A stretch of DNA of 64,000 nt from Antedon mediterranea. Its lineage: Eukaryota; Animalia; Echinodermata. Location: assembly GCF_964355755.1 (NCBI RefSeq), contig NC_092675.1, positions 12,333,812 through 12,397,811 of the forward strand, written 5' to 3'. The notes under the pieces were generated by a model. The model saw only the letters and a program-made list of their open reading frames with translations. It was not told the DNA's origin and did no database searches. Shown here one piece after another: positions 23,014-36,484 of this stretch (its first letter is position 1; every line of letters begins with the position of its first letter). Both the position numbers and the translations under genes were made by a program.

Positions 23014-23821
23014 TTACTTGGCCAAATTGAAAATTGGCCAAGTATGTTGATCTGTTTGGTTTGTGTGTTTGTTTGTTACTTGGCCAAATTGAAAATTGGC
23101 CAAGTATGTTGATCTGTGTTTGGTTTGTGTGTGTGTTTGTTACTTGGCCAAATTGAAAATTGGCCAAGTATGTTGATTGGTGCGGTTTGTGTGTGGGTGT
23201 GTGTGTGTGTTTGTTTGTTTGTCATCACTCTAGCGCTCACAGTTTTTATTCGAATAACTCCAAATTACTACCATACATGTCACCTGGTGCAAGGACGACA
23301 CTGCCCAATTTCGGTTAAAATCTGGACCACGGTCCCAATTCTGGACCACTTTTAAAAATTATTTTCAGACCTGCTAGTGTTAAAAGATAGGACAGAATTA
23401 TCAAAAGCCGGTGAGCAGTCTTAAATTAACAAGTAAACTAAAATTGCATTTTCTCGAGAACTACTTCTCAAAAAAACTTCATTTTTGTACAAGAGGCAAG
23501 AGTTATAATTTGTGATTTTTAATTTTAAAACATAATTTGATTTAATATACAGGTTTTTTGAGGCGAATAATTTAAAAACCTATTTCTTTTCAAATTCACC
23601 CGTGTGTTTTTCGCGTTGCTGTTCTATTGTTAGTCGACTGAAACTATTGTTAATTGAAAGGCTTGTTACATAACCTTTACACCAAACTCGTATACACATG
23701 ATTGTAATGAAATTAGGCTAAATCACATAGCATAAGACACACACTTTTGGTGAAAATAGGGTCAAGGTCATTAGGCCAATTTTGATTTGGCCAAGTATCG
23801 CGCTATGCGCGAAGGCTAGTT
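23014..23821 (+). mobile_element. HINE B nested in A, with triplicated 5' end
   Basis: TTACTTGGCCAA x3 ... TTGGCCAAGT + TCGCGC/GCGCGA hairpin + CTAGT. Confidence 0.72.
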
Positions 23822-23827
23822 TGTTTG

Positions 23828-24866
23828 TTACTTGGCAAAAAAAAATTTTCCAAGTATAGTATTCACTTTGTTTGTATGTTTGTTTGTATGTATGTATGTA
23901 TGTATGTATGTTTGTTTGTTTGTTTGTTAGCACGATAGCGCCTATAGTTTTCAAGTTATCGTTCTGAATTTTTGGGTGTAGATAGGTATATACCTTCCGA
24001 CCATTGCCTATATCAACTAAATTGGTTTATTAATAACTTCACAAATAACAAAAATGATATTATTTTCAGACCGGCTAGTGTTAAAAGATAGGAGACAATT
24101 TTTAAAAGCCGGCGAGCAATCTTAAAGTAACAAATGTACTGAAATTGCATTTTCTCGAGAACTGCTAGTCCAAAAAACATCATTTTTGTACAAGAGGCGA
24201 GAGTTATAAATTGTGATTTGTAATTTTCAAAACATAATTTGATTTAATGTACAGGTTTATTGATACGAGTAGTTTTAAAAAACCTATTTCTTTTCAAATT
24301 CACCCGTTTGTTTTTCGCGTTGCTGTTCTATTGTTATACAAATTAAACTATTGTTAGTTGATAATTAGTTTGTTTAGTACTGTACTAGCGTGTGTCCTTT
24401 CTTATTTCATTCTGTACATAGGTATATACTTACAGAACATGCCTATTGATTTTCAGGAAAACTGATATATTGGTCATGTCTCAAAAGCTTATCTTCTGTA
24501 CGATATATTAAATAGCACGCATTCTGTGTTTTTTTAACATGGACATATTCTTTGATATGGACCAAAATATTAGTCGACTGGTCAAGCAGTTAAGCTTACT
24601 ACATGGGTTAAGGCAGAGGCGCCGCCATTCGGCACAGCTTCAAGACACTCCTCGACCATTATTCTGGTCAATCTTGATGTTAGAAAGGTCATTGTTGCAA
24701 TGCCGGAATTGTTTGTGTTAAAAATTATTTAAACAAATTATTAACCTTAGTAGTATTTCAACCATGTAAAGCTAATACCTAAAGCAAAAATTGTATCTTT
24801 CAACATGCTCCGAGTCAGTGGATATATTTTGCCAAGTACTTCACTCAGTTTCTGAGTGCTTTCATT
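23828..24866 (+). mobile_element. HINE C nested in A
   Basis: TTACTTGGCAAA...TTTGCCAAGT + CACTCAG/CTGAGTG hairpin; (TTTG/TATG)n. Confidence 0.72.
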
Positions 24867-25947
24867 TGTTTGTTAGCAGGATTACTCAAAAAGTAATTAT
24901 AAGATCTTTACCAAAATGAGTAGACAGATAGATATGTGGTCAAGGACCATTACATTAAATTTTAGGACTATTTGGGACCACAGTCCCAATTCTGGACCAC
25001 TTTTTAGTATACTTTTTTAGACCTGCTAGTGTTAAAAGAATTTTTCAAAAGCCGGCGAGCAGTCTTAAAGTAACAAGTAAACTGAAATTGCATTTTCTCG
25101 AGAACTACTTGTCCAAAAAACTTCATTTTTGAACAAAAGGCAACAGTTATAATTTGTAATTTGTAATTTTAAAACATAATTTGATTTAATGTGCACGTTT
25201 GTTGATGCGAGTAGTTTAAAAAACCTATTTCTTTTCAAATTCACTCGTTTGATTTTCGCGTTGCTTTTCTATTGTTAGTCAACTGAAGCTATTGTTAATT
25301 GAAAGGCTTGTTACATAACCATTACACCAAACTCGCTTACACATGCTTGTAATGAAATTAGCCTAAATCACAAACAGCATTAAGACACACACAAATATAT
25401 ATATATATATTTTTCACCGGAGAAATCTTATGTAGGAGAATTTTACAGTAGGCGGAGGTATGCACTCTCGGAGTGGCTTTCTAGTTTATGGTGTTTTTAA
25501 TATAATGTATTACTAAAGAATTACGTGTTAAAATTATAGTTTCTATTAATACTATTAGGCCTAATTATTAGTCTCTAAACCCATGTCTATTCTAGTAGTA
25601 GCTGTGTGGGTGTGTGTGACGTGTGTGTGTTAGGTATGACACAGTCCGAGAAATAAGTCAGCAAAATTAAACAATAAACATTACACAAAAATACATTTTT
25701 TATTCTCGTGGGTCTAATCTTCCCATCTCATGTGTTCATATACGCGCATTTTTAAAGTTCCTTTGAGTACATGCATATTGTTTGATAATAAAGTAGCAGA
25801 ATTGAAAAATTACAGTACACAAATTATACACATTTTTTTATTCTTGTGGGTCTAAGCTTTCTTTGGGCTATGTCCAATTACTACTTATTCAATGTCTTGC
25901 CTAGCTATCGATTAGCCTGGACACATTTTGCATAGTGGTGTGTGTGA

Positions 25948-26670
25948 TCGAAAATCACAAATGGTCTAAAACGTCTCCAAATGCGATTTGAAGCTATTCT
26001 GTACACTTTGATGTTTTTATGTTAAGAAGTTTTTTCGAAAATCACAAAATGGTCTAAAACGTCTCTAAATGCGATTTGAAGCTATACTAAATACTTTGGT
26101 GTTTTTATGTTAACAAGTTTTTTCGAAAATCACTAAATGGTCTAAAACGTCTCCAAATGCGATTTGAAGCTATTCTGTACACTTTGATGTTTTGTGTGAA
26201 AATTTTTTTGTCGAAATGCTCAAAATGGTCTAAAACGTTTTTAAATACGATATTAATCTATTTTGTGCTCTTTGATGTTTTTGTGTGAAAAGTTTTTTCG
26301 AAATCCTCAAAATGGTCTAAAACGGTTTTTAATGTGATTTTAAGCACTTTGATGTTTTTGTGTAACCAAGTTTTTTGAAAATCACAAAATGGTCTAAAAC
26401 GTCTCCAAATGCGATTTTGAAGCTATTCTAAGCACTTTGGTGGTTTTATGTTAACAAGTTTTTTCGAAAATCACAAAATCACATAAAAACACCAAAGTGC
26501 TTAGAATAGCTTTAAATCGAATTTGGAGACGTTTTAGACCATATTGAGAATTTCGACAAAACTTTTTAACATAAAAACACCAAAATGCTTAGAATAGCTT
26601 CAAATCGCATTTGGAAACGTTTTAGACCATTTTGTGCATTTCGATGAATTTTGGTTAGACAAAAACATCA
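25948..26670. repeat. ~88-bp satellite ('sat88') with an orientation switch at ~26480
   Basis: AAAATGGTCTAAAACGTCTCCAAATGCG units up to ~26479, reverse-complement units after. Confidence 0.9.
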
Positions 26671-27347
26671 AAGCATAAATGGAAATATTATAGCATAATT
26701 ATTGAATTTTAAAAAGTGGAAATTTTTGCATTTTTCGAAAAAATTCCTTTGGTCCCACTCAGTGAAATTTTTGAAAATTGGCCAAATTGTGACCCTTTTA
26801 TTTTTTTGACATAACTAGTTACTATGGCTCTATAAGATGATGTTAACACAATTTATGTGCATACATTGTAATATTATAGCATAATTATTGAATTTTAAAA
26901 AGTGGAAATTTTGCCAACTTTTCCACAAAAAAAAATCCTTTGGTCCCCCATTGGTAAATTTGTCGAAAATTGGCCAATTTTCGACACTTCTTGACATAAT
27001 TAGTTATTATGGCTCTATAAGATGAAGTGAGCGCAATATATGTGCATAAATGACAATATCATCGCACAATTATTGAAATAAAAAAAGTAGAAATTTTCGA
27101 AAAAAAATCTCTGTACTTAGTATAAATAGCAACATTTCGAACCTTTTATTTTTTGACATAACTAGCTGCTATGGCTCTATAAGGTCATGTTAACACAATA
27201 TGTGCATTAGTGGCAATATTATGGCATAATTATTGAATTAAAAAAATTTTGCCCATTTTTCTAAAAAATCTGTTTTATAGTACAGGGAAATTTGCGAAAA
27301 ATAGACCTTTTTATTTTCTGACATAACTAGTTGCTATGGCTCTATAA
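26671..27347 (-). repeat. sat190, reverse orientation
   Basis: GGCTCTATAAGATGATG units. Confidence 0.88.
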
Positions 27348-27555
27348 AGTCCCTTTCTCACAGAGCTGTGTGCCAGGAATGCCGGCATCGACATGACCTG
27401 CTTTAGACCTAGTAATATTACTAGGGATATTCCCCGCAATGCGAGACGGGCATTCTGTGAGAACGTAACGCAGTTATATTCCCCGTCGCGGGGCTTTGAC
27501 ACCTTGTGTGCGGTCAAGTGTATCACTTTGGCACCGATTCATTTCAATTGTAAAA

Positions 27556-29027
27556 ATGACGAACTGGAGGAAAAACGAGATTAGGGAGCGGAGCTTCTTA
27601 AAATAAGGGGACAAGAAGAAATTTGTAGACAGATGGGACAATAAGGTCGGGAGCTGTTGTTTGTAAGTTGGCTGTGGTTGGCGTAAAACGAACAAAAAAA
27701 CAAAACAGCAAACTGAAAACGTTAAAGGCCAGGTACCATGTCATTAAAGAAAAAAACAACAGTTCTGGGGAGCAAAAGCATACTTGGCCATATTATGATT
27801 TGTGCGATGCAATTTGGGGACACAGGCCATGTGCCCAACCTGTTCGAGTTCTAGAATCTATTGGAAGCCCAGAAGATGAAGATGAAGCTGGAGATGATGC
27901 AGAAGATGATACAGTCGTGGGTAAGTCTAGCAAAGTTACTGTTGTCACTCACTACTAGTCTACGGTGCCTATTATAACTAGGCCTAACTACTCTAGTTCT
28001 ACTCGCCCAGACCAGGGCAGGCTCTACTACTCTTCCTAGGCCTAGGCTAAGCCAAAATTATATTGTACCATAAATCTATATCATCAATTTGGATCCTTTT
28101 TAAATATTTTATACAGTTGTTATTATATTAATAAATATAAACTAAATACTCAATTTATTTAGGTAAGGTTACATAGTTCATGACCGCTACTCAATGTAAT
28201 AATATAGTAGTACTACTACTACTAGGCCACTATTTATATTGTTCTTAATACTCAATTAATAATTAGTGACTTTCTATTCTATTTACTTATTTTAAGTTAG
28301 TTATTTTTGTATTTTCTGTTTTAAATATAAAATTATTTTTTTTATAGATCAAGAGCCATTAGAAGTTAATTCAGAGGCTACTGTAGAGGAGGATGACCCT
28401 ATACAGGAAGTTGAATATGCCCAAGTGGTTGAAGATGTTGAAGTGTTAGAATTTGTTCAATTGGATACAAATGTTCTTGTTCAAGAAGATGATGATGTAG
28501 ATCAACCAGCTGGTCCCGTGCAGGTAGAAGAAAAAAAACCCAGAAAAAAGTCAAAAAAGACAAAACTAGACAAATCTATGGAAGCTGTCTCAACACTAAT
28601 AGCAGACAGATTTGAGGCCTCCGAGAAAAAATTGATAGATGAGAGGAAACTAGCGAAAGAACAGAGGAACTGGGAATTAAAAGTTGAAAGAGAGAATAGG
28701 AATGCCCAACAAGAGCTTTTTACACAAGTACAAAATACTCAAAGGGATATGCTACAACAGTTTACAACATGCATGACAACAATGATGACAACAATGCAAA
28801 ATCAACATGTTCCCAATCAAATCCAACATCCAACTCATGTTTTTTACACCAATCAACCACGAGTTATTTACAATATGGGTCCTCCATCACACACTCAAGG
28901 ATACTTATACCAGTCATCTTCTTCACCATCAGCTACTTCACCATCAGCTACTTCACCTTACAAACGCAATAATACATCATCATCAAGCTCAGCAGACAGC
29001 AGCCAAGGAGAATTTTATACACTTTAG
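27556..29027 (+). pseudogene. Harbinger Myb/SANT (trihelix) DNA-binding protein, 2 exons (27556-27920, 28348-29027), exon 1 frameshifted
   Basis: MTNWRKNEIRE/LLKIRG...KLKTLKARY...WPYYDLCDAIWGHRP. GTAAGT...TAG intron. Acidic linker and coiled coil. Confidence 0.78.
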
Positions 29028-30124
29028 ACACATTTTAAACCAATCATTGTGGTTATGTTAATTTAATGTAATCCTGGAGTTGTTAAATGAAAATGATGAA
29101 AAATAGTAAATTTTTAATTACTGTATACTAATAATGTTAATTTAAAACTTGGGACGATACTATGATTATTTTCTGTCAAAACAAGTGTACACCATGACAT
29201 TATTTTAGTAAACTCCTTTAATCACAGCTTATGCTATTTTTCATATGTTGACCTTTTAGCGCTATCAATACATCATTTTATTGTTACAAATTAATTGTTT
29301 AGTTATACAAACAAACATTAATTGCTGGTAAGATTTTTTTATTAAAATCAAAATGTTTTATTTTGTAGTTATATATATATATGTATGTACTACATTATCA
29401 ATACCAAAAACACCTGTTAAATGTAAACCTTTTAATGTGTTAAGTTAGCTATTTAAAAATTACATTAATCAAAAACTAATTCATTTTAACAACAATGATT
29501 CACAATTTTAACAAAATAATTAGTTTTCCTGTTTCATTTAAAAATTACTTTTACTGCCGTTACGCAATAAATTTGGTAGTAGCCGCTGTTTCTAAAACGC
29601 AGTAGACAAACAACAATTCAATAGTACGAACATCAGGTATATTCCTTTTATTTTAGCTGGCTTAACACAATACCGCTGCTTACCGGTGAGCTGGCTTAAC
29701 AACACCACTGCTTGTACCGGTTATAACCTTCTATCTACGTAAACTGTTTTTATACACTGTAACACTTGTCCAACTGGTAAACAGTAACTTACTAACATAG
29801 ATTCCGCATCTCCGTTGCCTTTTATAAGCGAACACATTTGTTATGCAAATTAAAAACTTTACGGCTGACTAAGCCAACAACACCGCATGGTGTTTAACAA
29901 TACAGTACTAACTTTACTGTAGCAACAATTACAGTGTATTATTATGTATATCGTGTATATATATAAATTAATATATATGTCTGATTATTGTTTAATAAAA
30001 AACACTAAAAATGACATGATTGTTAATCTATTTATTGTGTTTAGGTTTGCATGATGAGAACATTTCTAATCAACAAAAAGTTTGGGATACACCACATGAA
30101 AATACTTAAAACTTAGTTTAAAAT

Positions 30125-31024
30125 TTACAAGAATGCCGAAACTGCATCACGAATATCTGATGTTACATCTATATTCTGATTATGTGGATCAACATTATCA
30201 TTTGGCTGCACCAAACCATGCTGCCTTTCATAATTGCGCATTTCTTCATCCCACTCAGGATAGAACTGTTCCTTATGCATCTCACATATGTTGTGCAGAA
30301 CAGAACATGACGCAACCACATCCGATACAAATGAAATATTGACATCATTCCTCTTTAGAAGTATTCTCCATCTTCCCTTCAGACGACCAAATGCGTTTTC
30401 AACGACCATTCTCGCAGAGCTTAACCGTGTGTTAAATCTTCTTTGATCGGCTGTTAATGCATGGTTGGTATATGATTTCATTAGCCACTTTTTAAGGGAT
30501 ATGCAGCATCACCGATGAGAAACACAGGTACTTCTACACCATTTATCACTTTAGAATTCTAAATAAATAAAACAATTAAATGAATTATGTTGCTATCATG
30601 CCTTTCTTATTCGTGTGTTTATAGAAATCCTAGCCATTAATAATAAGCAATTAATTACACAAAAGCTTACCTCCATAGGAAAAAGATGACCATTTTGCCT
30701 GTCCTCTACAAGGGAAAATATGTTTGAATTTGCCAAAACCCTTGCGTCATGCGTTCTGCCTGGCCATCCAATGTTTACATCTGTAAAGCTGTATGTATGA
30801 AGAACATTTGTTAGATTAACCATTCTTTTTTTTAGAATCATGCATTTGGAAGTAGAATAATATAGATTATTCATAGGCCTAATCCTGGATAGAATAGCAT
30901 TAAACAAACACCTTAAGCAGTTACAGCTCTTTTTGTACAATAATTTAGTTAAATAATTTTTAACCAACCAAAAGTTATGATCCACCATTGCCTGCATTAT
31001 CACAGAGTGCCATCTTTTCCTGTT
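30125..31024 (-). pseudogene. Harbinger transposase C-terminal half, exons 31024-30969, 30788-30671, 30558-30125
   Basis: NRKRWHSVIMQAMVDH, GWPGRTHDARVL, IGDAAYPL, ARMVVENAFGRLKGRWR, LHNICE. GT-AG introns; one frameshift. Confidence 0.88.
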
Positions 31025-34000
31025 GGAGTAGCGCTCTGCAGTTGCACCCGAAATATAAATATATCAAGAAATATATCAATATTGTATCAAATTTAGATAT
31101 TCTGTTTGACTGTTTACTGTCCAGTTACTAGTTTCCAGTCACTAAACTTATTCCAGTTTTATCATTTGAATCTGTCATTTAAAGTGATTTTAATTCTACT
31201 TACATGTCTAGGTAGTCCAGTAGCATCATTGATGTTGGTGCAGGGCTAAACAATAGCATCTTACCTGCCTGTGTTTTTCAGCAATATTGGAGTACAACTA
31301 ATTTGCATATGGCTACCTGATATGTGAATTGAAAACATGTCATACTCTAGGCAAGCATGATTGGCCTTCAATATTTGTGCCAAACCAGGATTACCCCTTG
31401 CCTTATTTCATCATGTTTGTTCATTGGGATTGTACAGAGGTAAGCGTACCCGAAGGGGTATGAGAGCCCAAAGGAGACTTGTAAACAAATCATTACAAGT
31501 GTCGATACCTGTAGTTGATAACAAACATTGTGATAATAGCAATCTAGTGAAGATACAGTTGCAACCTCGTAACAATTCACGTATACAACCCGTCAACTTT
31601 GCTGCATGGAATGCCAGGTCTATAAAACCTAAGACTGCTTCTGTCTGTGACTTTACAATTACTAAGATATCTTTGCTATAACCGAATCATGGCTGACAAA
31701 TGATGATCGTTCCAACCGTGCTAAAGCTGATATTGAAAATACTCTTCCTGACTTTGAACTTCTTCACCGATCCAGAAATCACTCAACAGGTGGTGGTGTA
31801 TGTGTGTTTTTGCGAAAAGGCTTCTTAGCTGCTGCTAATAGTGGACCGATATTTAAATCATTTGAATATATAGATATCACCATCACTGCAAAGTCGTCCT
31901 CTTGTAGGCTGTACATTATTTATAGACCACCTTACTCAAGAAAGAGCAAGATAACAACTAAGATGTTCTTTTCAGACTTCTCGACTCTTCTAGAGTTGAT
32001 CAGTAATGTTCCTGGTCGTGTTCTACTGGCAGGGGATTTTAACCTACACATGGACGACGTGCAAAACAGTGATGCGATTACTATGAAGAATCTTCTATCC
32101 ATTTGTGGTTTCACTCAGCATGTTACCGGACCCACTCACAGGAGTGGTCACACACACTTGACTTGTTAATTTGCAGAGATACATATATATATATATATAT
32201 ACTGATATTAGCATCCATACTGATCAGCCTTCTGATCATTATTCAACTGTGTGTCATTTGAGTATATCACGCCCGGATTCCACTAGGCATCGAATTAGTT
32301 TCCGTAAATTGCGCCAAATTGATATTAAGTCTTTTAAGAGTGACATTGTGAAATCTGAGTTGATTACGAACCCTGCTGCAGTAATTGACACACTTTGACT
32401 CAATACAATAACGTCCTTTCTCATCGCTCCCTGGTATAATGAGAATCTGCGTGAACAAAAGAGAGTCAAACGCCGCTGTGAAAGGTTATGGGCTTCATCT
32501 GGTTTAGAGGTACATAAACAACTGTACCACAGTGAATGCAACACATACAAACAGTTACTTGAAAAGTCAAAGACCGACTTCCACAGATGTCAAGTATCAA
32601 AATGTGAGCAGGGCAAGCTATTTAACTTGATTGACAATTTCACTTCAGCAAATCATAAGCAGATTCTTCCTCTACATGAGCCTTCAGAGGATGGCTTGTC
32701 AATTTTCTGAATTCTTTCGTGATAAGATTCATAAAGTTAAAATTGAACTCGAGAATGACCCTTCTTACAGTGTCGGTAGTGTACATGATAAAAAAGCCGA
32801 TGCACACTCTTTCAATACTTTTGCTAATGTGTCTCATGAGGATCTACGCAAGATAATATTGGCTTCCAAATCATCTACTTGTCCTCTAGATCCTATACCA
32901 TCAAAGCTTTTGAAGGAATGTCTCGATGAACTCATTTCCACCATATGTGACATTGTCAATAGATCACTATCACGTGGAACAGTTCCTGATATCTTCAAGG
33001 CAGCATGTTTGACACCACTTATTAAGAAACTCTCATTAGATCCAGAAATATTGAAGAATTACCGTCCAATTTCCAATCTATTTTTCATCTCAAAAATACT
33101 TGAGAGATGTGTTGCCGCTCAGTTAACTAAACATCTTGTAACAAATGACCTGCACGGCAAGCGGCAATCAGCCTATCGTAAACACCCTTCAACTGAAACC
33201 TCTCTGATTCGTGTCATTAATGATTTACTTCGCGCTGTTGACGTACACAGTGAAGCAGTACTAGTGTTACTTGACCTAACTGCAGCATTTGACACAATAA
33301 ACCACAAAATACTACTGCGGAGACTATCAAATCGGTATGGAGTCGATGGCACAGTTCTCAAGTGGTTTCAATCATACATGCTCAACCGCACTCAATCCGT
33401 TGCTATTAAAGAGTCAACATCGAATCCGTCTCCATTACTGGATGGTGTTTCTCAGTGGTCTGTACTGGGCGCTCTGTGTTTCACGCTTTATACATCGCCA
33501 TTAGAAGATATTGTTAGTTCTTATGATGGATTTGAGCTGATGGTGTACGCGGATGATACACAACTGCATATGATGTTTAATCCTTTGCAAACAAATAGTG
33601 CTATTTCACAACTTGAATCTTGCATCCAAGAAGACAATAAATGGATGGTAGTCAATAAATTCAAACTCAATAGCAGCAAAACAGATGTACTTCACATCAC
33701 CTCCCTGTTTTTGCCGGAATTGACCAAATTCAGGTTGGCTCTGAGTTCGTTCTAACGGTTCCTTCAGCACGTAATCTTGGCATTACAATTGACAACAAGC
33801 CAAGTATGTTGGGACACAATAAAAACATCTGCAAGTCAGCTAACTTTCTTTGCGCTCAGGAAAATCGGTCAAGTTCGCAAGTACCTTGATAGAGCATCTC
33901 ATCTCATTCACGCGTTTGTCATCTCGCGTCTTGACTGTTGTAACAGTCTTTTATGTGGCTTACCTGACTATGAGATTGCAAAACTCCAGCTAGTTCAAAA

Positions 34001-34388
34001 CACTGCTGCAAGGATGATCACTTTTGACTAAAAAGCGGCACAATATTACACCGGTGTTGAAAGAGCTTCACTGGCTGCCAGTGTGTAAGAGAATAGCGTT
34101 TAAAATCTCGCTGATCACTTACAAAGCGTTACATGGTCTTACCCCAGATTATATTTGCGAGCTCATATCTGAATACATCCCGTCGCGCTCTTTAAGGTCT
34201 GGTGATAAATTTCTTCTAACATTACCAAAATCATCCACTGCTTATGGTAGAAGGTCTTTTGCAGCAATAGCACCTTCATTATGGAACAAACTTCGACACT
34301 TTGTGAGACTTGCTCCTTCAGTCAATATTTTTAAATCACGACAGAAAGCCCATCTGTTCTCATCTGGTATTAATTAACTTACTGGGAT
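31025..34388 (+). mobile_element. L2 LINE body (endonuclease + RT), decayed
   Basis: WNARSI, ITESWL, IYRPP, AGDFNLH, KNYRPISNL, QSAYR, LLDLTAAFDTINH, YADDTQL, SRLDCCNSLL, LHWLPV. Confidence 0.92.
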
Positions 34389-34607
34389 GCGATTTTTTTT
34401 TCGTACATAAGTTGGGGACCCCTCATGAAACGTGCCAAAATAAACATGAATAATTCATCAGTTAAATTTGTTGTTCCGTGTGCACCCAAGCGTATAGCAA
34501 CAAGAAGTGATTACACGCACAACTAAACTGCGATACGATTCTTTCTACAGTAGGCTTAGGATTCTAAGTCAATTCATGTGATTGCCTTCGCGCACTCTTC
34601 TTCACAC
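34389..34607. mobile_element. MULE-like copy 2, displaced right end
   Basis: TACTGGGAT|GCGATTTTTTTTTCGTACATAAG. The flank is the reverse complement (8/9) of ATCCCGGTA at 22862-22870. Confidence 0.78.
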
Positions 34608-36484
34608 GAAAAAACATAAAACCACCAAAGTGCTAAGAATAGCTTCAAATCGCATTATGAGAAATTTTAGACCATTTTGTGATTTTCGAAAAAAGTTGTT
34701 AACATAAAAACACCAAAGTGCTTAGAATAGCTTCAAATCGCATTTAGAGATGTTTTAGACCATTTTGTGCATTTCGATGAAACTTGGTTACACAAAAACA
34801 TCAAAGTGCTTAAAATCACATTATAAACCGTTTTAGACCATTTTGAGCATTTCGATAACACTTTTCACACAAAAATATCAAAGAGCACAAAATAGCTTAA
34901 TATCGTATTTCAAAACGTTTTAGACCATTTTGAGCATTTCGACAAAACTTTTTCACACAAAACACCAAAGTGCTTAAAATAGCTTCAAATCGCATTTGGA
35001 GACATTTTAGACCATTTTGTGATTTTCGAAAAAAACTTGTTAACATAAAAACACCAAAGTGCTTAGAATAGCTTCAAATCGCAATTAGAGACGTTTTTCG
35101 ATAACACTTTTCACACAAAAATATCAAAGAGCACAAAATAGCTTAATATCGTATTTCAAAACGTTTTAGACCATTTTGAGCATTTCGACAAAACTTTTTC
35201 ACACAAAACACCAAAGTGCTTAAAATAGCTTCAAATCGCATTTGGAGACATTTTAGACCATTTTGTGATTTTCGAAAAAAACTTGTTAACATAAAAACAC
35301 CAAAGTGCTTAGAATAGCTTCAAATCACAATTAGAGACGTTTTAGACCACTTTGTGATTTTCGAAAAAACTTGTTAACATAAAAACACCAAAGTGCTAAG
35401 AATAGTTTAAATCGCATTTGGAGACATTTTAGACCATTTTGTGATTTTCGAAAAAACTTGTTAACATAAAAACATCAAAGTGCTAAGAATAGCTTCAAAT
35501 CGCATTTGGAGACGTTTTAGACCATTTTGTGATTTTCGAAAAAACGTGTTAACATAAAAACACCAAAGTGCTAAGAATAGTTTCAAATCGCATTTGGAGA
35601 CATTTTAGACCAATTTGTGATTTTCGAAAAAACTTGTTAACATAAAAACACCAAAGTGTTTAGAATAGGTTCAAGTCGCATTTGGAGACGTTTTAGACCA
35701 TTTTGTGATTTTCGAAAAAACTTGTTAACATAAAAACATCAAAGTGCTTAAAATCACATTATAAACCGTTTTAGAATAATTGTTGTAGACGTGAGAGCAG
35801 CGTGGTCCAAGAGGATTGTACCACGCTCTCTCAGTTCTCAAAATGGAATCGTGGTAAACTTTGTTTTCACACAATTCCTGCTTTTAAAAACGTTTTAGAC
35901 CATTTTGTGATTTTCGAAAAAAACATGTTAACATAAAAACACCAAAGTGCTTAGAATAGCTTCAAATTGCAGTTGGAGACATTTTAGACCATTTTGTGAT
36001 TTTCAAAAAAACTTGTTAACATAAAAACATCAAAGTGTACAGAATAGCTATAAAATCGCATTTGGAGACGTTTTAGACCATTTTGTGATTTTCGAAAAAA
36101 CTTGTTAACATAAAAACACCAAAGTGCTTAGAATAGCTTCAAATCGCATTTGGAGACGTTTTAGACCATTTTTTGATTTTCGAAAAGACTTGTTAACATA
36201 AAAACACCAAAGTGCTTAGAATAGCTTCAAATCGCATTTGGAGACGTTTTAGACCATTTTGTGGTTTTCGAAAAAACTTGATGACATAAAAACACCAAAG
36301 TGCTAACAATAGCTTCAAATCGGATTTGGAGACATTTTAGACCATTTTGTGATTTTCGAAAAAACTTGTTAACATAAAAACACCAAAGTGCTTAGAATAG
36401 CTTCAAATCGAATTTGGAGACGTTTTAGACCATTTCATGTTTTTCGAAAAAACATGTTAACATAAAAACACCAAAGTGCTAAGA

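Larger units (their letters stand above)
22966..25485 (+). mobile_element. HINE A (Helentron non-autonomous)
   Basis: TTACCTCCGCC...GGCGGAGGT + CACTC/GAGTG hairpin + CTAGT, inserted in TTT. Confidence 0.78.
22871..25947. mobile_element. MULE-like copy 2, left part (opposite orientation, TIR mostly deleted, hosts HINEs)
   Basis: ATCCCGGTA|GCGATTTTTTT. 22885-22965 and 25486-25840 are reverse complements of the copy-1 interior. Confidence 0.75.
27348..31024 (-). mobile_element. PIF/Harbinger transposon, right part (inverted relative to the left part)
   Basis: TAA|AGTCCCTTTCTCACAG TIR; Myb/SANT gene convergent with the transposase C-half. Confidence 0.85.

Noticed and set aside
29560-29930. Short repeats (AGCTGGCTTAACA..ACC.CTGCTT) between the two Harbinger genes
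   Set aside because: No termini, TSD or structure that I could define; left as intergenic transposon sequence.
21004-31024. Domesticated host HARBI1/NAIF1 or MSANTD genes
   Set aside because: Flanked by TIRs and a TWA TSD, frameshifted and split by an L2; a transposon copy.
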